Numbered from the stretch's first letter, positions 19,428-29,870 are shown. The stretch: 64,000 nt of DNA from an uncultured Thermoplasmata archaeon (GCA_963719945.1 CAVRDX010000001.1:416001-480000); one strand, 5' to 3'. Notes: generated from the letters alone by a model not told the origin. A program made the numbers and translations.

Positions 19428-19503
19428 TCAACTTAATCGAACAAGCATCGTTCGTTTTGTGGGCGGCAACATAGCCACTCAAATCGCATATTTGACCAGA
19501 GTC

Positions 19504-20145
19504 TCAGGGGAGCAGCTTCATCTTGGCTTGCCTCTTCTGAATCTCTTTCTCGTCGAGGGGTGTGAACGCCTCTTTGGTAATGATTGCGACAGTCATTCCA
19601 TCGCCCGATGCTGAGTCACGCTTCATTGCAGCGTGCAATGACCTTATCGCGAGGTCTGCGCCATCGTTGACCGTCAATCCTTTCTCGTAATGGTCTTCCA
19701 GTACACCATAGACATATGGTGAGCCAGATCCCGTGGTAACATATGTGTCGGGGATGGCTCCACCTACCATGTCAAGCGCGTAGACATGGTTGCCTTCCCT
19801 GTCGACCCCTCCCAGGATAAGTCCGACCCAGTAGGGATAGAACCGGCTACCCGCCAAAATGTTCGACATGAGGGTGGCTCCGGATCTCACAGTCATCTGC
19901 TGTCCTCTCTTGAGTTTATAAAGCTCAACCTCGGCGGTTATGTATCTTGCAAGAGTCTGTGCATCTCCGACCACACCCGCGACTGCAAGTCCCATGTTAT
20001 CGTCGATCTTGAATAGCTTCTGAGTGGTCTTGTGAGCGATGAGTGTCCCCATTGTGGCCCTCATCTCCGTAGCCATCACTACACCATCCTTGCATACCAG
20101 GCCTATCGTGGTCGTGCCCTTCTTGATATCTTCGCTGCTCGTCAT
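19504..20145 (-). CDS. psmB: Proteasome beta subunit
   Basis: Propeptide KKG/TTTIGL, TGSGSPYVYGVLE, AMKRDSASGDG. Confidence 0.96.
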   Translation of the reverse strand: MTSSEDIKKGTTTIGLVCKDGVVMATEMRATMGTLIAHKTTQKLFKIDDNMGLAVAGVVGDAQTLARYITAEVELYKLKRGQQMTVRSGATLMSNILAGSRFYPYWVGLILGGVDREGNHVYALDMVGGAIPDTYVTTGSGSPYVYGVLEDHYEKGLTVNDGADLAIRSLHAAMKRDSASGDGMTVAIITKEAFTPLDEKEIQKRQAKMKLLP

Positions 20146-20486
20146 GAAATAACACCCACGGCGAAAATCTGTGACTAGAAAAGCCGTTTGAGAATAATTG
20201 CCACTCCAGTATTTAAGGGTTTGTCCAACTCCGATTATGTACGCATGCGCGAATCAGAGCATGCAATAAGAATGTTTAAGTTGGTCGTCATAGAATATTG
20301 TCTTGAGATGGGTAGCCTGTAAGTCCCTTCTAAGCAAGCACGCATCCTTCAAGGACTCCGTGCTCCGAAATTTCAATCCGGAAGGGCCTGGCGTCAGGAA
20401 TAAATTGCCTGCCCATCTCCCCTTCTCCATCAAACAACGATAAATACTCTCTAGTATATCCGATGGCTGAGGAGGTATGGCTCCAT

Positions 20487-20843
20487 ATGAAGATCCTGAT
20501 CGTTGATGATTCTGAAGCATTCCGGAAAGTGGTCATCGAACTCCTCGTCAGATCTGGCTTTCACGATGTTAGGGAAGCCAGCAACTACGACGAGGCGGTG
20601 GATGTGTACAGGTCGACGACGCCGGACATCGTTTTCGCGGATATGGTCCTTCCCGGCAAATCTGGTGTCGAGTTGACGAAGGAGATACTGAGAATCAACC
20701 CGGCTGCGAAGATCATCGCCATGAGCTCCATCGTGAACAAGTCCATGATAAAACAGAGCTTGGATGCAGGGGCCAGGGATTTCCTGCTCAAGCCGACGAA
20801 CGAGATCGCGCTCTCATCCGTGCTCGCAATGTGGAGTGATTAG
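20487..20843 (+). CDS. CheY-like stand-alone response regulator
   Basis: KILIVDDS, phospho-acceptor D in VFADMVLPGKSG, AMSS, FLLKP. Confidence 0.9.
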   Translation: MKILIVDDSEAFRKVVIELLVRSGFHDVREASNYDEAVDVYRSTTPDIVFADMVLPGKSGVELTKEILRINPAAKIIAMSSIVNKSMIKQSLDAGARDFLLKPTNEIALSSVLAMWSD

Positions 20844-21407
20844 ATGAGCCTGTTCCTTTTCAAGAAGGGCAAGGGGAAGAGGAGCACCAAGGAGGCTCAC
20901 CTGGGGATTACCAGGAAGTATTCACTTGCCCCAGGAAAGTGCTATGTGATTGAGGAGGCTCCCCCCAGCATAAGCTTCGATGCTTTTGCCAATATGATAT
21001 CCACCAGTGATGAAGAGGGTGGAAAGACGGTCGGACTAGCGGTGACTCGGCAGCATCCGGATATGCTGAAGGAGAAGTACGGACTCGACAATACTCCGAT
21101 CTACTGGCTTGCGACCCGCGCTGGTGAGAATGTGTTGTCCCCGACTAACCTCGGCATACTCACGCACAATCTGATCAAGTTCATCGAGGATACTACGAAC
21201 GGAGTGATCCTGTTGGATGGACTCGAATATCTCGTGTCCAACAACGATTTCAACAAGGTGCTCAAGGTGATCGACCAGGTGAACGATCATATCTCTCAGA
21301 GCACTTGCAGGCTCATACTACCTGTCGACCCTCGGGCCTTCGAGGCCAGGGAGTTGGCCCTCCTTGAACGGAACATGGAGAAGATCGTGGCCAGAGCCAC
21401 CGGGTAG
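20844..21407 (+). CDS. Stand-alone DUF835 (inactive KaiC/RecA-like) protein
   Basis: GLAVTRQHPD...PIYWL...SPTNL...GVILLDGLEYLVSNNDFNKVLK...LPVDPRAF. Confidence 0.82.
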   Translation: MSLFLFKKGKGKRSTKEAHLGITRKYSLAPGKCYVIEEAPPSISFDAFANMISTSDEEGGKTVGLAVTRQHPDMLKEKYGLDNTPIYWLATRAGENVLSPTNLGILTHNLIKFIEDTTNGVILLDGLEYLVSNNDFNKVLKVIDQVNDHISQSTCRLILPVDPRAFEARELALLERNMEKIVARATG

Positions 21408-21422
21408 CTGACGAAGGTCAGG

Positions 21423-23237
21423 TCAGGAGGCTGTGACCACAGTCGCTGCGAATATCAGCTGCGACACAAGTATGCAGATGCCGATCGATCTCTGCAGAAC
21501 CCTCTTGTCAGTTCCTCCTTCTATTCCCCAAATGAAGTAGCATACGACGGCGTTGATCTCCACCAGGAAGATCCCCAGAATAAAGACCAGTTGTCCCGGA
21601 GTCAGCGTCCCGCTGCCTCCTCCGAGCGATTCCAGGGACATGTAGATCGAGTATGTTATGCCCAGCACTATCGGGCCCATGACATGTGCGGTCATCCTCA
21701 TCATAGATATGATCGGTCTGAGCCTGCTCTTCAGCATCGATTCGATTTGTGACAGGTCTCGAATGTATGTGGCCAGATCCATCGCCAAGAGACCAGCTGA
21801 TTGCTCGTCCTTCTCGGCCGCTCTCTTCACGACCTTCATGGCCTCGTTGGCGCTGGACGTCCTGGTCCTAGTGTTATCGTCATCCATGGCCGTGTTGAAG
21901 TCCTGTCCCAAGACTATGGCTCTTACCGCGATACGATAAGGTACGCGGGTTCCGTCCTTGCCTGAGTCAGTCGCGGCATTTTCAAGCGCCGATTCGAAGT
22001 TCTCCCCCTCGAGCATCCTCGCTCCCATTCTGAACAGCATGTCTCCCTTCACTGCCTCTTTTTCATTCGACATCTCAGAAGATTGACTAGATGAAGCGAT
22101 GAATGAGATGACCGATGCAGGACACGTGAATGCAAGCAGGAGTAACACTGGCTCGATATAGTCTGAGACGAACAGCCAGAATGACAGGCCTGATGCACAT
22201 CCTATTGCGATAGCGATGATGCATCTGTGTCTCTGAGGACCGGAAGATGTTATTCTTCTGGCGCTTCTTTCGAGTGGGTGTCTCGAAACGGCCTCCATCG
22301 CGACCAGCATAGCCACGGCTGGGAACAGAAGATTCATCAAGAACGCGGTCTGGATGATGAACCCGTTCTCGTCATCCAGCGCTGCTCCATCGAGAGCTGG
22401 TGTGGACCATATGTCCCATGAGAGCATGGGGAGGAAGGCCCCAACCATGATGGGTAGCAGGATCCCAAGACCGAACAGTAGCATGCTCGGAGTGGATAGG
22501 GACAGAGCATATTCCTCGATCCGTCTCTTTGCGCCCATTACCATGGCGTGATTCGCTCGGTCGAGCGCTCGCCTCTTTCCCTCCTCCGTCTTCTCAGACG
22601 CTGCAGTCAGAAGCGAGGAGACTGCCATCTTGAGCTCTTCCCCGAACGCGGACCATCTGCATCCAATGTCGTAAAGCGCCGCTTCGAAGCTATTGAACCG
22701 ACCCATTATTACATCCCACACGCACATTCTGAGCTCATCGGAGAACTCAGACCCGCTTTCAGATGCGAATCTGATTGCATTTGGGACGGAGGGCTCGTGC
22801 CGGATGCTCATTGACATTAGGTTTATTGACTCAGTCGACCCTCTCAAGATGTTCGCAGCCCTTTTTCGTGCCATGGATCTGGGATGTCCGATTACTGTCA
22901 GGTGTGCCAGGGCAGGGGATACCACTGATATCGCCATCAACGGAAGTGCGAGTCTGCCATGAATGAACAACATGTACGAAATCGTCGATGCACCCATGGC
23001 TATGATGACGAGCAGGGCCGCGCATTTCGCCGCCATTCTGACCGATTCCACGGTAACAGGAATTCGAGCAAGATCGAGCTGTCGTCTTAGTTCTTCGTCT
23101 GTCGTCCTGGATGTCCCCAACTTCGAACCGGCCGATCTGAACGATGGGGTCAGCCCGATCGCACACCCTACGCGTACGAGAAACTCGCATACGCGAGGAT
23201 ATGTTGTGGAGACGCTAGATGGTGCCAGTTTCGCCAT
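21423..23237 (-). CDS. TadC/T2SSF-like multi-pass membrane platform protein
   Basis: Multiple TM segments, duplicated helical repeat, LLFGLGILLPIMVG; overlaps the secretion ATPase gene. Confidence 0.72.
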   Translation of the reverse strand: MAKLAPSSVSTTYPRVCEFLVRVGCAIGLTPSFRSAGSKLGTSRTTDEELRRQLDLARIPVTVESVRMAAKCAALLVIIAMGASTISYMLFIHGRLALPLMAISVVSPALAHLTVIGHPRSMARKRAANILRGSTESINLMSMSIRHEPSVPNAIRFASESGSEFSDELRMCVWDVIMGRFNSFEAALYDIGCRWSAFGEELKMAVSSLLTAASEKTEEGKRRALDRANHAMVMGAKRRIEEYALSLSTPSMLLFGLGILLPIMVGAFLPMLSWDIWSTPALDGAALDDENGFIIQTAFLMNLLFPAVAMLVAMEAVSRHPLERSARRITSSGPQRHRCIIAIAIGCASGLSFWLFVSDYIEPVLLLLAFTCPASVISFIASSSQSSEMSNEKEAVKGDMLFRMGARMLEGENFESALENAATDSGKDGTRVPYRIAVRAIVLGQDFNTAMDDDNTRTRTSSANEAMKVVKRAAEKDEQSAGLLAMDLATYIRDLSQIESMLKSRLRPIISMMRMTAHVMGPIVLGITYSIYMSLESLGGGSGTLTPGQLVFILGIFLVEINAVVCYFIWGIEGGTDKRVLQRSIGICILVSQLIFAATVVTAS

Positions 23238-24981
23238 ATGATTCCCTCCATCTATCCAATCCAGATGTAGGTCCATCTGGGTGGAAGAGCGCACGAGCAA
23301 GCAATTCGTTCGAGCGCAGCCTCACAGAATCATGGGCGTCGCAGGAGTTGTCATTCCTATCGGATTTCTCCGAAAGCAATTGGTCGCAGATTGCTCGCGC
23401 CTTGATTATGCCCATTAGCGCGTCCGCGGTGATCCCCATAGCTGCTGCCGCTCCCCTGACCGTCCGTGACTCAGCCGAGAACTCCTTCGTGGGCTCAGCG
23501 CGTGTACTCACCTTGCCCATCTCGAATAGGTTGACCAGTTCTACACCAGCGCCCTTTGGCCTGACTTCCGCGACCTCAATCACCTTCCTATGGAATCTTG
23601 ATCCATCCGGCGTCCGGACGAGCCCTATCACCACGACTATGTCTGTTGCAGAGAACGCTCGTTCTGATACGCCTAGGTCCTCGATTGCGCGGTCGAGGAC
23701 TCCGCTCGCCGAATTTCCATGGATTGTACCGAGAACTGCGGATCCCGCGCTGCCCGCTCGCATGCTCTCATACAGCACGCGCGCTTCATTCCCTCGAACC
23801 TCTCCGATGACGATTGCGCTCTCTCCCATTCGGAGACTGACCATGAGCGCGCCTTCTGCCGACATGTGAGTGACCTCTTCATCGTTCGTGAATCTAAGCG
23901 TCTGGATATCGTAGCCGAGGTCCCTCATCCTCCGGACGGGTATCTCCGGTGTGTCTTCGATTAGTAGTATCCTCTGTGACAATGGGAACTCGAGCATCAT
24001 CGCAGCAAGGAGCGTGGTCTTCCCGGCGCCGCGACTTCCGGCGACCAGGGCAGTCCTCCTGCCAGTGACGCATGCCCAGAGGAAGCTCGCTAGAAGCGGC
24101 GATAACGAATCGTTCCTGATCAGAAGGGGAAGAGTCCACATTTCGCGAGAATGCTTCCTAATCGCGACGGAAACGCCTTTCTCGCTTATCGGAGGACCTA
24201 CAAGTGTGACCCTGCTCCCGAGTCTTGGTATGTCCGCTTCCAGAACTGGATGTGCCTCCGAGAACGGTAGGCCAGTCTCCAACTTCAGTCGCGAGACGAA
24301 CCCTTGGATATCTCTTGCTCCGATGAAGATGTTCGTCCGACACTTCTGTCTGACACCCTCGATGGTATCTGACCTCAGCACTACAAAGACAGGGGTGACG
24401 CTAGATGGCGCGTTGACGTATATGTCCTGAACCTGCGGATCGTCGAGGAGTGTCTCGAGCAGACCATATCCTGCAGTATACTTGGCGACAATCTCAGAGA
24501 GATTGTCCGTCATCTTCTCATCATCATATTCGCGAGGATGGCCGCGTCCCTTGCTGACGAGCTTGTCGAACACTATGTCCTTGGCACGTGACTTGATATA
24601 TGGCCTCATCAAGTCGAGCGAAGAAGTATCCATCTCCGCAGGGGGTGAGGCGGATATGATTTCGATGGCCTCTGATATTATCCTGAGGTGGATCGGATTG
24701 AGTCTATATTCTGGCGGATCTATGATATATCTCCCGTATGTCTCGTCCTCAAGGGCGAAGAGTGAGACATTGACGTCTCGCACGCTGAACCTGATTTTGG
24801 GCAGTCCCATGACTCTGTGAGCTTCGATCCAGGATGATGTGAAACAGGGTCTCGTCTCGAAAGACGATTCGGTGTGGATGGTCTGTCCTCGTTTCTCACG
24901 ATGCGGCTCATCGACTATCTTGAGCGGGGTAGTACCCATGACCTGACCGATGATTCTTGGTCGCGGTCTACTGCCCCCCAC
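23215..24981 (-). CDS. Type II/IV secretion (TadA/VirB11-like) ATPase
   Basis: LLDDPQVQDIYVN, Walker A GSRGAGKTT, IEDTPE, SLRMGESAIVIGEVRG, GTIHG. Confidence 0.92.
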   Translation of the reverse strand: MGGSRPRPRIIGQVMGTTPLKIVDEPHREKRGQTIHTESSFETRPCFTSSWIEAHRVMGLPKIRFSVRDVNVSLFALEDETYGRYIIDPPEYRLNPIHLRIISEAIEIISASPPAEMDTSSLDLMRPYIKSRAKDIVFDKLVSKGRGHPREYDDEKMTDNLSEIVAKYTAGYGLLETLLDDPQVQDIYVNAPSSVTPVFVVLRSDTIEGVRQKCRTNIFIGARDIQGFVSRLKLETGLPFSEAHPVLEADIPRLGSRVTLVGPPISEKGVSVAIRKHSREMWTLPLLIRNDSLSPLLASFLWACVTGRRTALVAGSRGAGKTTLLAAMMLEFPLSQRILLIEDTPEIPVRRMRDLGYDIQTLRFTNDEEVTHMSAEGALMVSLRMGESAIVIGEVRGNEARVLYESMRAGSAGSAVLGTIHGNSASGVLDRAIEDLGVSERAFSATDIVVVIGLVRTPDGSRFHRKVIEVAEVRPKGAGVELVNLFEMGKVSTRAEPTKEFSAESRTVRGAAAAMGITADALMGIIKARAICDQLLSEKSDRNDNSCDAHDSVRLRSNELLARALFHPDGPTSGLDRWRESYGETGTI

Positions 24982-24983
24982 GG

Positions 24984-25523
24984 CTACGCACCACCGTCAT
25001 ATCGAATCATGGTGGTCGCCAATGCTTCACTGAGGCATTCATATCCTTTGGGACAGGAAGCCTTTGATGCAACTTCTTTCAACCTATCCGACAATGCCGG
25101 TTTTCGTTTCGTGTATGCGACAGGGTCTTGCCTCAGCTGATGGATTAGATATTCTGCAGACTTTCCTTTACTGGCGGGACATGTCAGACACTTCTTGTCT
25201 GACGGGATCACATGGGTGCTCACGATCCTGTTCAAGACGCATAATTCTGTGGCAAGTTCGCAGAGCATTTTGAATGATTCTGATCGATATCTCCGATGTA
25301 TGTATCTCTTGAGTATGATTGAATCCGGTTCGATGCCAGAGCAGAATATGTTCAAGATCCCTTTCGCGCAGTTTCCGTTGCTGATGTCCTGAGCGCCCGC
25401 GCATGCTGAACAATCAACCTCCAATTGCAGCCCATATTCATTCGTATATGAATGCGGACAATGCACATCGGCATGTCTAGATGGTGCGAGTTTCTTCGTG
25501 GGGCCACTGCTACGTTGTCTCAT
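24984..25523 (-). CDS. Cys-rich protein upstream of the secretion ATPase
   Basis: VDCSAC...NC, CLTC...C..C clusters; 2 nt from the ATPase start. Confidence 0.65.
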   Translation of the reverse strand: MRQRSSGPTKKLAPSRHADVHCPHSYTNEYGLQLEVDCSACAGAQDISNGNCAKGILNIFCSGIEPDSIILKRYIHRRYRSESFKMLCELATELCVLNRIVSTHVIPSDKKCLTCPASKGKSAEYLIHQLRQDPVAYTKRKPALSDRLKEVASKASCPKGYECLSEALATTMIRYDGGA

Positions 25524-25623
25524 GTATGCGATTTACCGCTCGACTGATATTGTATTGTTAGGTTCCTTCGTACGCTACATGTAAGGCTGCACGATTTGTC
25601 GTCTTCGGTTCTCTCAGAAGATC

Positions 25624-26070
25624 ATGCGCTCCGATTGTGATGCAGTGGGTGGATTCACTGAAGACCTGCCCGTGCTTGCTATCGTGATATCCGGCGTTGT
25701 GTTGCTGATGACCACTGCGAGCTGGGTCGGCGATATATTGATGTCAGATGAGGTGTCACGGACGCTGGAGCGGGAGGTCCAAGAGATTGCAGATCGCTTC
25801 GTTCTGCTTATGACCTCCCAATCTCACGACCTTCCACTTGTGGAATCGATACGCACTGGGAACGACAATCTATCGATATTCCATCCAGATGATGGGATCA
25901 ATTGCATAATCACCGTGATTGAATCCTTTCCGGAATATGAGCTGCTCCGATCAATCGAGCACTCCGATGGTAGTCCCATGATGGAGACTGCCTTTGCTAC
26001 AAGATACATCAACGCGATGGACAGATACAACCGGGTGGCGATGTTGGAGGTTAGAGTCCTTGAATGGTAG
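25624..26070 (+). CDS. Putative prepilin-like protein
   Basis: Short N-region then GGFTEDLPVLAIVISGVVLL single hydrophobic helix; divergent from the Tad genes. Confidence 0.55.
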   Translation: MRSDCDAVGGFTEDLPVLAIVISGVVLLMTTASWVGDILMSDEVSRTLEREVQEIADRFVLLMTSQSHDLPLVESIRTGNDNLSIFHPDDGINCIITVIESFPEYELLRSIEHSDGSPMMETAFATRYINAMDRYNRVAMLEVRVLEW

Positions 26071-26071
26071 G

Positions 26072-26623
26072 ATGACCGGGGATTCTCATGCTCAATTAGC
26101 GTTGCTCGATGCCATAGTGTTCTTCACAGTGATTCTGGCACTTTGCAGCAGCATGGTGGCCTATGTCGAGATATTCGAGACCTATAGGCTAGATGAATGC
26201 GGGATCAATGCAGTCGATGCATCCGAACTGCTATCGGTCTTCTTGCGCACCTCCATAGGTGCGTCGGTCCAGGTTGCATCGGGCACAGACATTGAGATGA
26301 CTGGTAGAGAATCCATGGCGGATATCTTGATGGTTATCTGCGATGCAAAGTTGAGCGGGGTTGACGAATCATTCTTCGCTCCTCTTCCCTCGATGATACT
26401 CGAAACCCTCGTTCTGGTAAGCCCATCATATATTGAGCCACATCTAGTTATTCTCGACCTCACATCGAGCCCCAATTCGGAGATGTTGGTCTTGGAGAAT
26501 AGTCCGTGCAGAGAGGCTGATACAAGCGCCGCATCCCAGATGATGATGGACCCTGAGGGACGGTCGTTTCTACTCGTCCTGGTCCTTGAGCCAGCCCTTG
26601 GTCCTCATGACCTGGGTGTCTGA
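26072..26623 (+). CDS. Putative prepilin-like protein (class III signal peptide-like)
   Basis: MTGDSHA/QLALLDAIVFFTVIL resembles a class III cleavage site with acidic residue early in the hydrophobic helix. Confidence 0.55.
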   Translation: MTGDSHAQLALLDAIVFFTVILALCSSMVAYVEIFETYRLDECGINAVDASELLSVFLRTSIGASVQVASGTDIEMTGRESMADILMVICDAKLSGVDESFFAPLPSMILETLVLVSPSYIEPHLVILDLTSSPNSEMLVLENSPCREADTSAASQMMMDPEGRSFLLVLVLEPALGPHDLGV

Positions 26624-26926
26624 TTTGGTCACCTTGAGCTTCGAAATCGCGTATCGGTGCCCTCTTGTCAATTCGGTGAACTGCAATATCAGCAATGCCA
26701 CGACGGCGGCTATCCCAACATAGAGATAATTCCTATTGTCCGTGGTGGTGTTGAGGTAGACGAATGTGAATGTGATGGCCGCGAGCACGTATATGGCGTA
26801 TGTTGCCCAACTCGCCGGTATGGGAATGACCTTCAGGGTGCCCATACACCTGGGACAATAGCCCTTGGTCGGGTACCAGGGTTTGACCCTCAATTCCTTG
26901 CATTTCGGGCAGTATAGGTACTTCAC
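26570..26926 (-). CDS. Small membrane protein with N-terminal zinc ribbon
   Basis: CPKC...CPRC followed by two TM helices. Confidence 0.7.
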   Translation of the reverse strand: MKYLYCPKCKELRVKPWYPTKGYCPRCMGTLKVIPIPASWATYAIYVLAAITFTFVYLNTTTDNRNYLYVGIAAVVALLILQFTELTRGHRYAISKLKVTKSDTQVMRTKGWLKDQDE

Positions 26927-26967
26927 GGAGACGGAATTGCTAGAGTCCTATATATCATAAACCCACA

Positions 26968-27243
26968 ATGCCAGGGAAAGATTCACAGTATGGGACGAAG
27001 ATACTCCAATTGATGATCAAGGATCATGACGTAGATTCTGATGGTTACACGAGCGATGAGAGGAGAGTCCTCGCATCGCTGAGACAGACGACTGGTCGCA
27101 CCTGTAGATATTGTGCATGGCTGTCAATTAGAGGTCCGCAGAGAGGATGCTTCCCAAACGGAAAGTATCGAAAATTCCTCTCTACGGCGGAATACGAATC
27201 CGGATGCCCGGAATATCGTCCAAGAGATCAAAAGGGTTCCTAG
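26968..27243 (+). CDS. Small Cys-containing hypothetical protein
   Basis: CRYC...C...C; divergent from 26926 across a TATATA-containing 41-bp gap. Confidence 0.55.
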   Translation: MPGKDSQYGTKILQLMIKDHDVDSDGYTSDERRVLASLRQTTGRTCRYCAWLSIRGPQRGCFPNGKYRKFLSTAEYESGCPEYRPRDQKGS

Positions 27244-27415
27244 GGATTCATCCCAAGTCTTCGAATCCACGCATCTTCTGACAAGCCACTCGCTCTGTTC
27301 CACTCTATGGTTTGGCGTGACATTTCGAATGTCACCGCCGCTGAAGATGTTGGAGTCTTGACGGATTTGATTCTCAGCATAACTCCTATCCAATGAATCT
27401 AGGAGTATTCTCTGA

Positions 27416-28024
27416 TCATACGTCCTGACCGCTTGAGTGTGGATTCCTCTTAGTAGTGATCCAGTTGCGAGATGCCATGATCACGAGTCCGATGGCAGCT
27501 CCAATTCCTCCGATGTGGAGCCCCAGATCGACCACGCTTTGGTAATCGCTCCGCTTGTCGATATACCACGCTACCGATCCTCCATCTACGCTGACAGATT
27601 CAAGCAACCACTTGCCGCTGATCGCTAGAGCGAGACCGATTATCAGAATGATGATGACCATGGCAATGGCTCGGGAATATCTTGGGTATGACTTCCATCT
27701 GACTCGGATGTCTCTCGCCAGAATGATGGTGACTGCTGATATGATGACGAGTCCCGCATATGTGCCAAAGTCCTTCCTGATGTCAAGAAGATCGATAATT
27801 AGCAAGATTACCATCATGGCTGCCACTGCGATCAATACTATCATGAATGACTTGAGATCCTGACGACTGGTTACCATCCTGTGCCCACCGAGGGCGAGTC
27901 TATATTCGGTGTCGGTTCGAGACAGATTCTGTGAAGCGAAGTCATCGCCTGACCAGGTACTTCCGCAATGTGGGCATGTCGTTGTATTCGCCATCAGTTC
28001 CTTTCCGCAATGTGGGCACTCCAT
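27416..28024 (-). CDS. Zinc-ribbon membrane protein
   Basis: MECPHCGKELMANTTTCPHCG followed by about four TM helices. Confidence 0.7.
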   Translation of the reverse strand: MECPHCGKELMANTTTCPHCGSTWSGDDFASQNLSRTDTEYRLALGGHRMVTSRQDLKSFMIVLIAVAAMMVILLIIDLLDIRKDFGTYAGLVIISAVTIILARDIRVRWKSYPRYSRAIAMVIIILIIGLALAISGKWLLESVSVDGGSVAWYIDKRSDYQSVVDLGLHIGGIGAAIGLVIMASRNWITTKRNPHSSGQDV

Positions 28025-28595
28025 CCGAACACCATATTCAGAATGGAACTCTATGCTAAATGTCTTTGTGTGGAAATCCTGCGAGAATATTGACCGGTCG
28101 GAAAGAAGATTTGAGCATGGAGTCAATGCAGAGTTCCAAGCTCGTCCTTTGATCGGGCAATCTACATTCATGAATCATTGCGTTGCCTGATAAGCTTTCA
28201 AGCGTTGAATGATCGCGGGCTTAGATCCACTTGTCTGAAGGGAGGGTCACACCCGTGCGGTGGTAGGCGTTGACGATCCATATGGTCATGACGAGCAGGA
28301 ATGTCATCGGTCCTGAGCCTAGAGAGTGAAGGTGAGCGTAGCGGCATGATCTTGGCTATCGTTCACTATCAGTTTTCAATTGCAGCGCGGTGTGCCTTCT
28401 CGTAAGCTAGAAGCCTGTATTTGCCGGCGAAAGAATCGTGCCCGTATGTCTGGAAGCCGCCTCTACGCACGAGCTTCCCCCGCCGCGCATGCAAGCATCT
28501 TCCGGCGTAGAATGTTGGTATAACCACGACATGTTTGAGCCAGGAGATGAAGAGTCCTTCTGGATCTGGGAATCAGAGTCATGAATGTCAATCTG

Positions 28596-29672
28596 TTAGA
28601 GGTTCCTGCTATAATCCCGGAGGACCTCCAATGCCCCAAGCGTGAGCCATTGGTCCCTTTCCCCATGAGGCCTGTTAGATTCTGTCCATAGCCCGTCCCT
28701 GTACCTCTCTGAAAGCAACCACTTCATGGGACTTTCCATCCTCGGGTCGTCGGGACCTCTTCCAAGCAAGGTCAGGATCTCAAGCGCGGCTAATCCGCCG
28801 CACCGGTAGTTAGGGTATCTAAGTTTGGTCCAATTGTCCCTACTCTCGTGGAAGTTGGGATGTGGGTTTCTCTTATAGAACCTGCTCAATAGGAAATCTG
28901 CGCCCCTATGGAGGCGAGGATCCTTCCTGTTGGACGGATTATTGGCCAGGCCCCAGAGAACAATCAAGGTCGTCCAATGGCAGCTCGGTGTCGAAGCCAT
29001 GGGCCTCGGGTCGTATTCAGGCCTATCCTCTGATCTCATTAAATTGACGAACTCATCCAATGTCATCCCCTGATACTCCGGGAGGTATCTCAGGTCTTGT
29101 AGATAGGGCATGCTCCAGCCACCGTCTCTCCTCTGAAGGGACATCAGCCAATTCGAGGCCCTGACAACCCTCGGATCATGCTCCTTGAAGAATCCGCACA
29201 GGATGTACAGAGCGAAACCATTGTAGTGAGGCTGAGGAAGACCATGCGTCATGGGTCCGACAAGGCAGCCTTCCTTTGACTGTCCCCTAAAGAGCCTCTC
29301 TAGGGCCCTGTCCACACCTTCGTCATCAGGCAGCGTCACAAAGTGCAGTAGCCTGAGGAGGTTCCTGTATACTGTAGCCATATTCGGATCCACAGATCGC
29401 GAGGACACGCGCTCGTCGTATCGAGTGGGCCGGGAGATTGGCCAGGTTCCATCCTCTCGTATCGATTTGAGCAGACTTGTCCTGGGCGTGTATCTCCTGC
29501 ACTCGTCCAACGTGCGCTGGACTATGCCGTCCTCACGGTCCTTCCCGAGGACATGCGTATATGTCCAGAACTTCACGGAGGGTGATGCGCTCTGCAGGAG
29601 TTTCCTGCTGGACTCATCGATGGCCCTCTCAATTTCAGCAGCCAGCATGTGCGACTGTATAATGTCAATCAT
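28596..29672 (-). CDS. Prenyltransferase/squalene-cyclase-repeat-like protein of unknown function, copy 2
   Basis: Shares HGLPQPHYNG, QRxDGGWxMPYxQD, PHPNF, YRCxGLAA, GPDDPRME, RYRDGLWxESNRPH with 4623-5678. Confidence 0.65.
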   Translation of the reverse strand: MIDIIQSHMLAAEIERAIDESSRKLLQSASPSVKFWTYTHVLGKDREDGIVQRTLDECRRYTPRTSLLKSIREDGTWPISRPTRYDERVSSRSVDPNMATVYRNLLRLLHFVTLPDDEGVDRALERLFRGQSKEGCLVGPMTHGLPQPHYNGFALYILCGFFKEHDPRVVRASNWLMSLQRRDGGWSMPYLQDLRYLPEYQGMTLDEFVNLMRSEDRPEYDPRPMASTPSCHWTTLIVLWGLANNPSNRKDPRLHRGADFLLSRFYKRNPHPNFHESRDNWTKLRYPNYRCGGLAALEILTLLGRGPDDPRMESPMKWLLSERYRDGLWTESNRPHGERDQWLTLGALEVLRDYSRNL

Positions 29673-29785
29673 GTTTCTATTGATTTCGGAAGACGAGAGC
29701 GTCGACCCGTCATACTGTATGCTCGAAGTCGTCCATGCGGAAACCTCTGCAGACGGTAATTCTGGTTGTCCAATCTTATTGAGAG

Positions 29786-29870
29786 TGCAGGGGCGCGGAT
29801 TCGAACCGCGGAACCACTTCTGGACAAGGTCCTAAGCCTTGCGCCGTTGACCGGACTTGGCTACCCCTGC
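29786..29870 (-). tRNA. tRNA-Leu(TAG)
   Basis: GCAGGGG/CCCCTGC + A acceptor; anticodon arm CAAGG-CT TAG GA-CCTTG; variable arm; GGTTCGAATCC. Confidence 0.95.

Noticed and set aside
24975-24990. Pyrrolysine (TAG) read-through fusing the Cys-rich ORF to the ATPase
   Set aside because: The ATPase frame is offset from the TAG frame and has its own RBS; no in-frame TAG-split gene was found in the window.
27961-28018. Exact 16-bp direct repeat TTCCGCAATGTGGGCA
   Set aside because: It simply encodes the two CPHCG knuckles of a zinc ribbon.
26570-29785. Genomic island integrated at tRNA-Leu
   Set aside because: Accessory-looking genes lie downstream of the tRNA, but no duplicated tRNA 3' end (att) or adjacent integrase was found.
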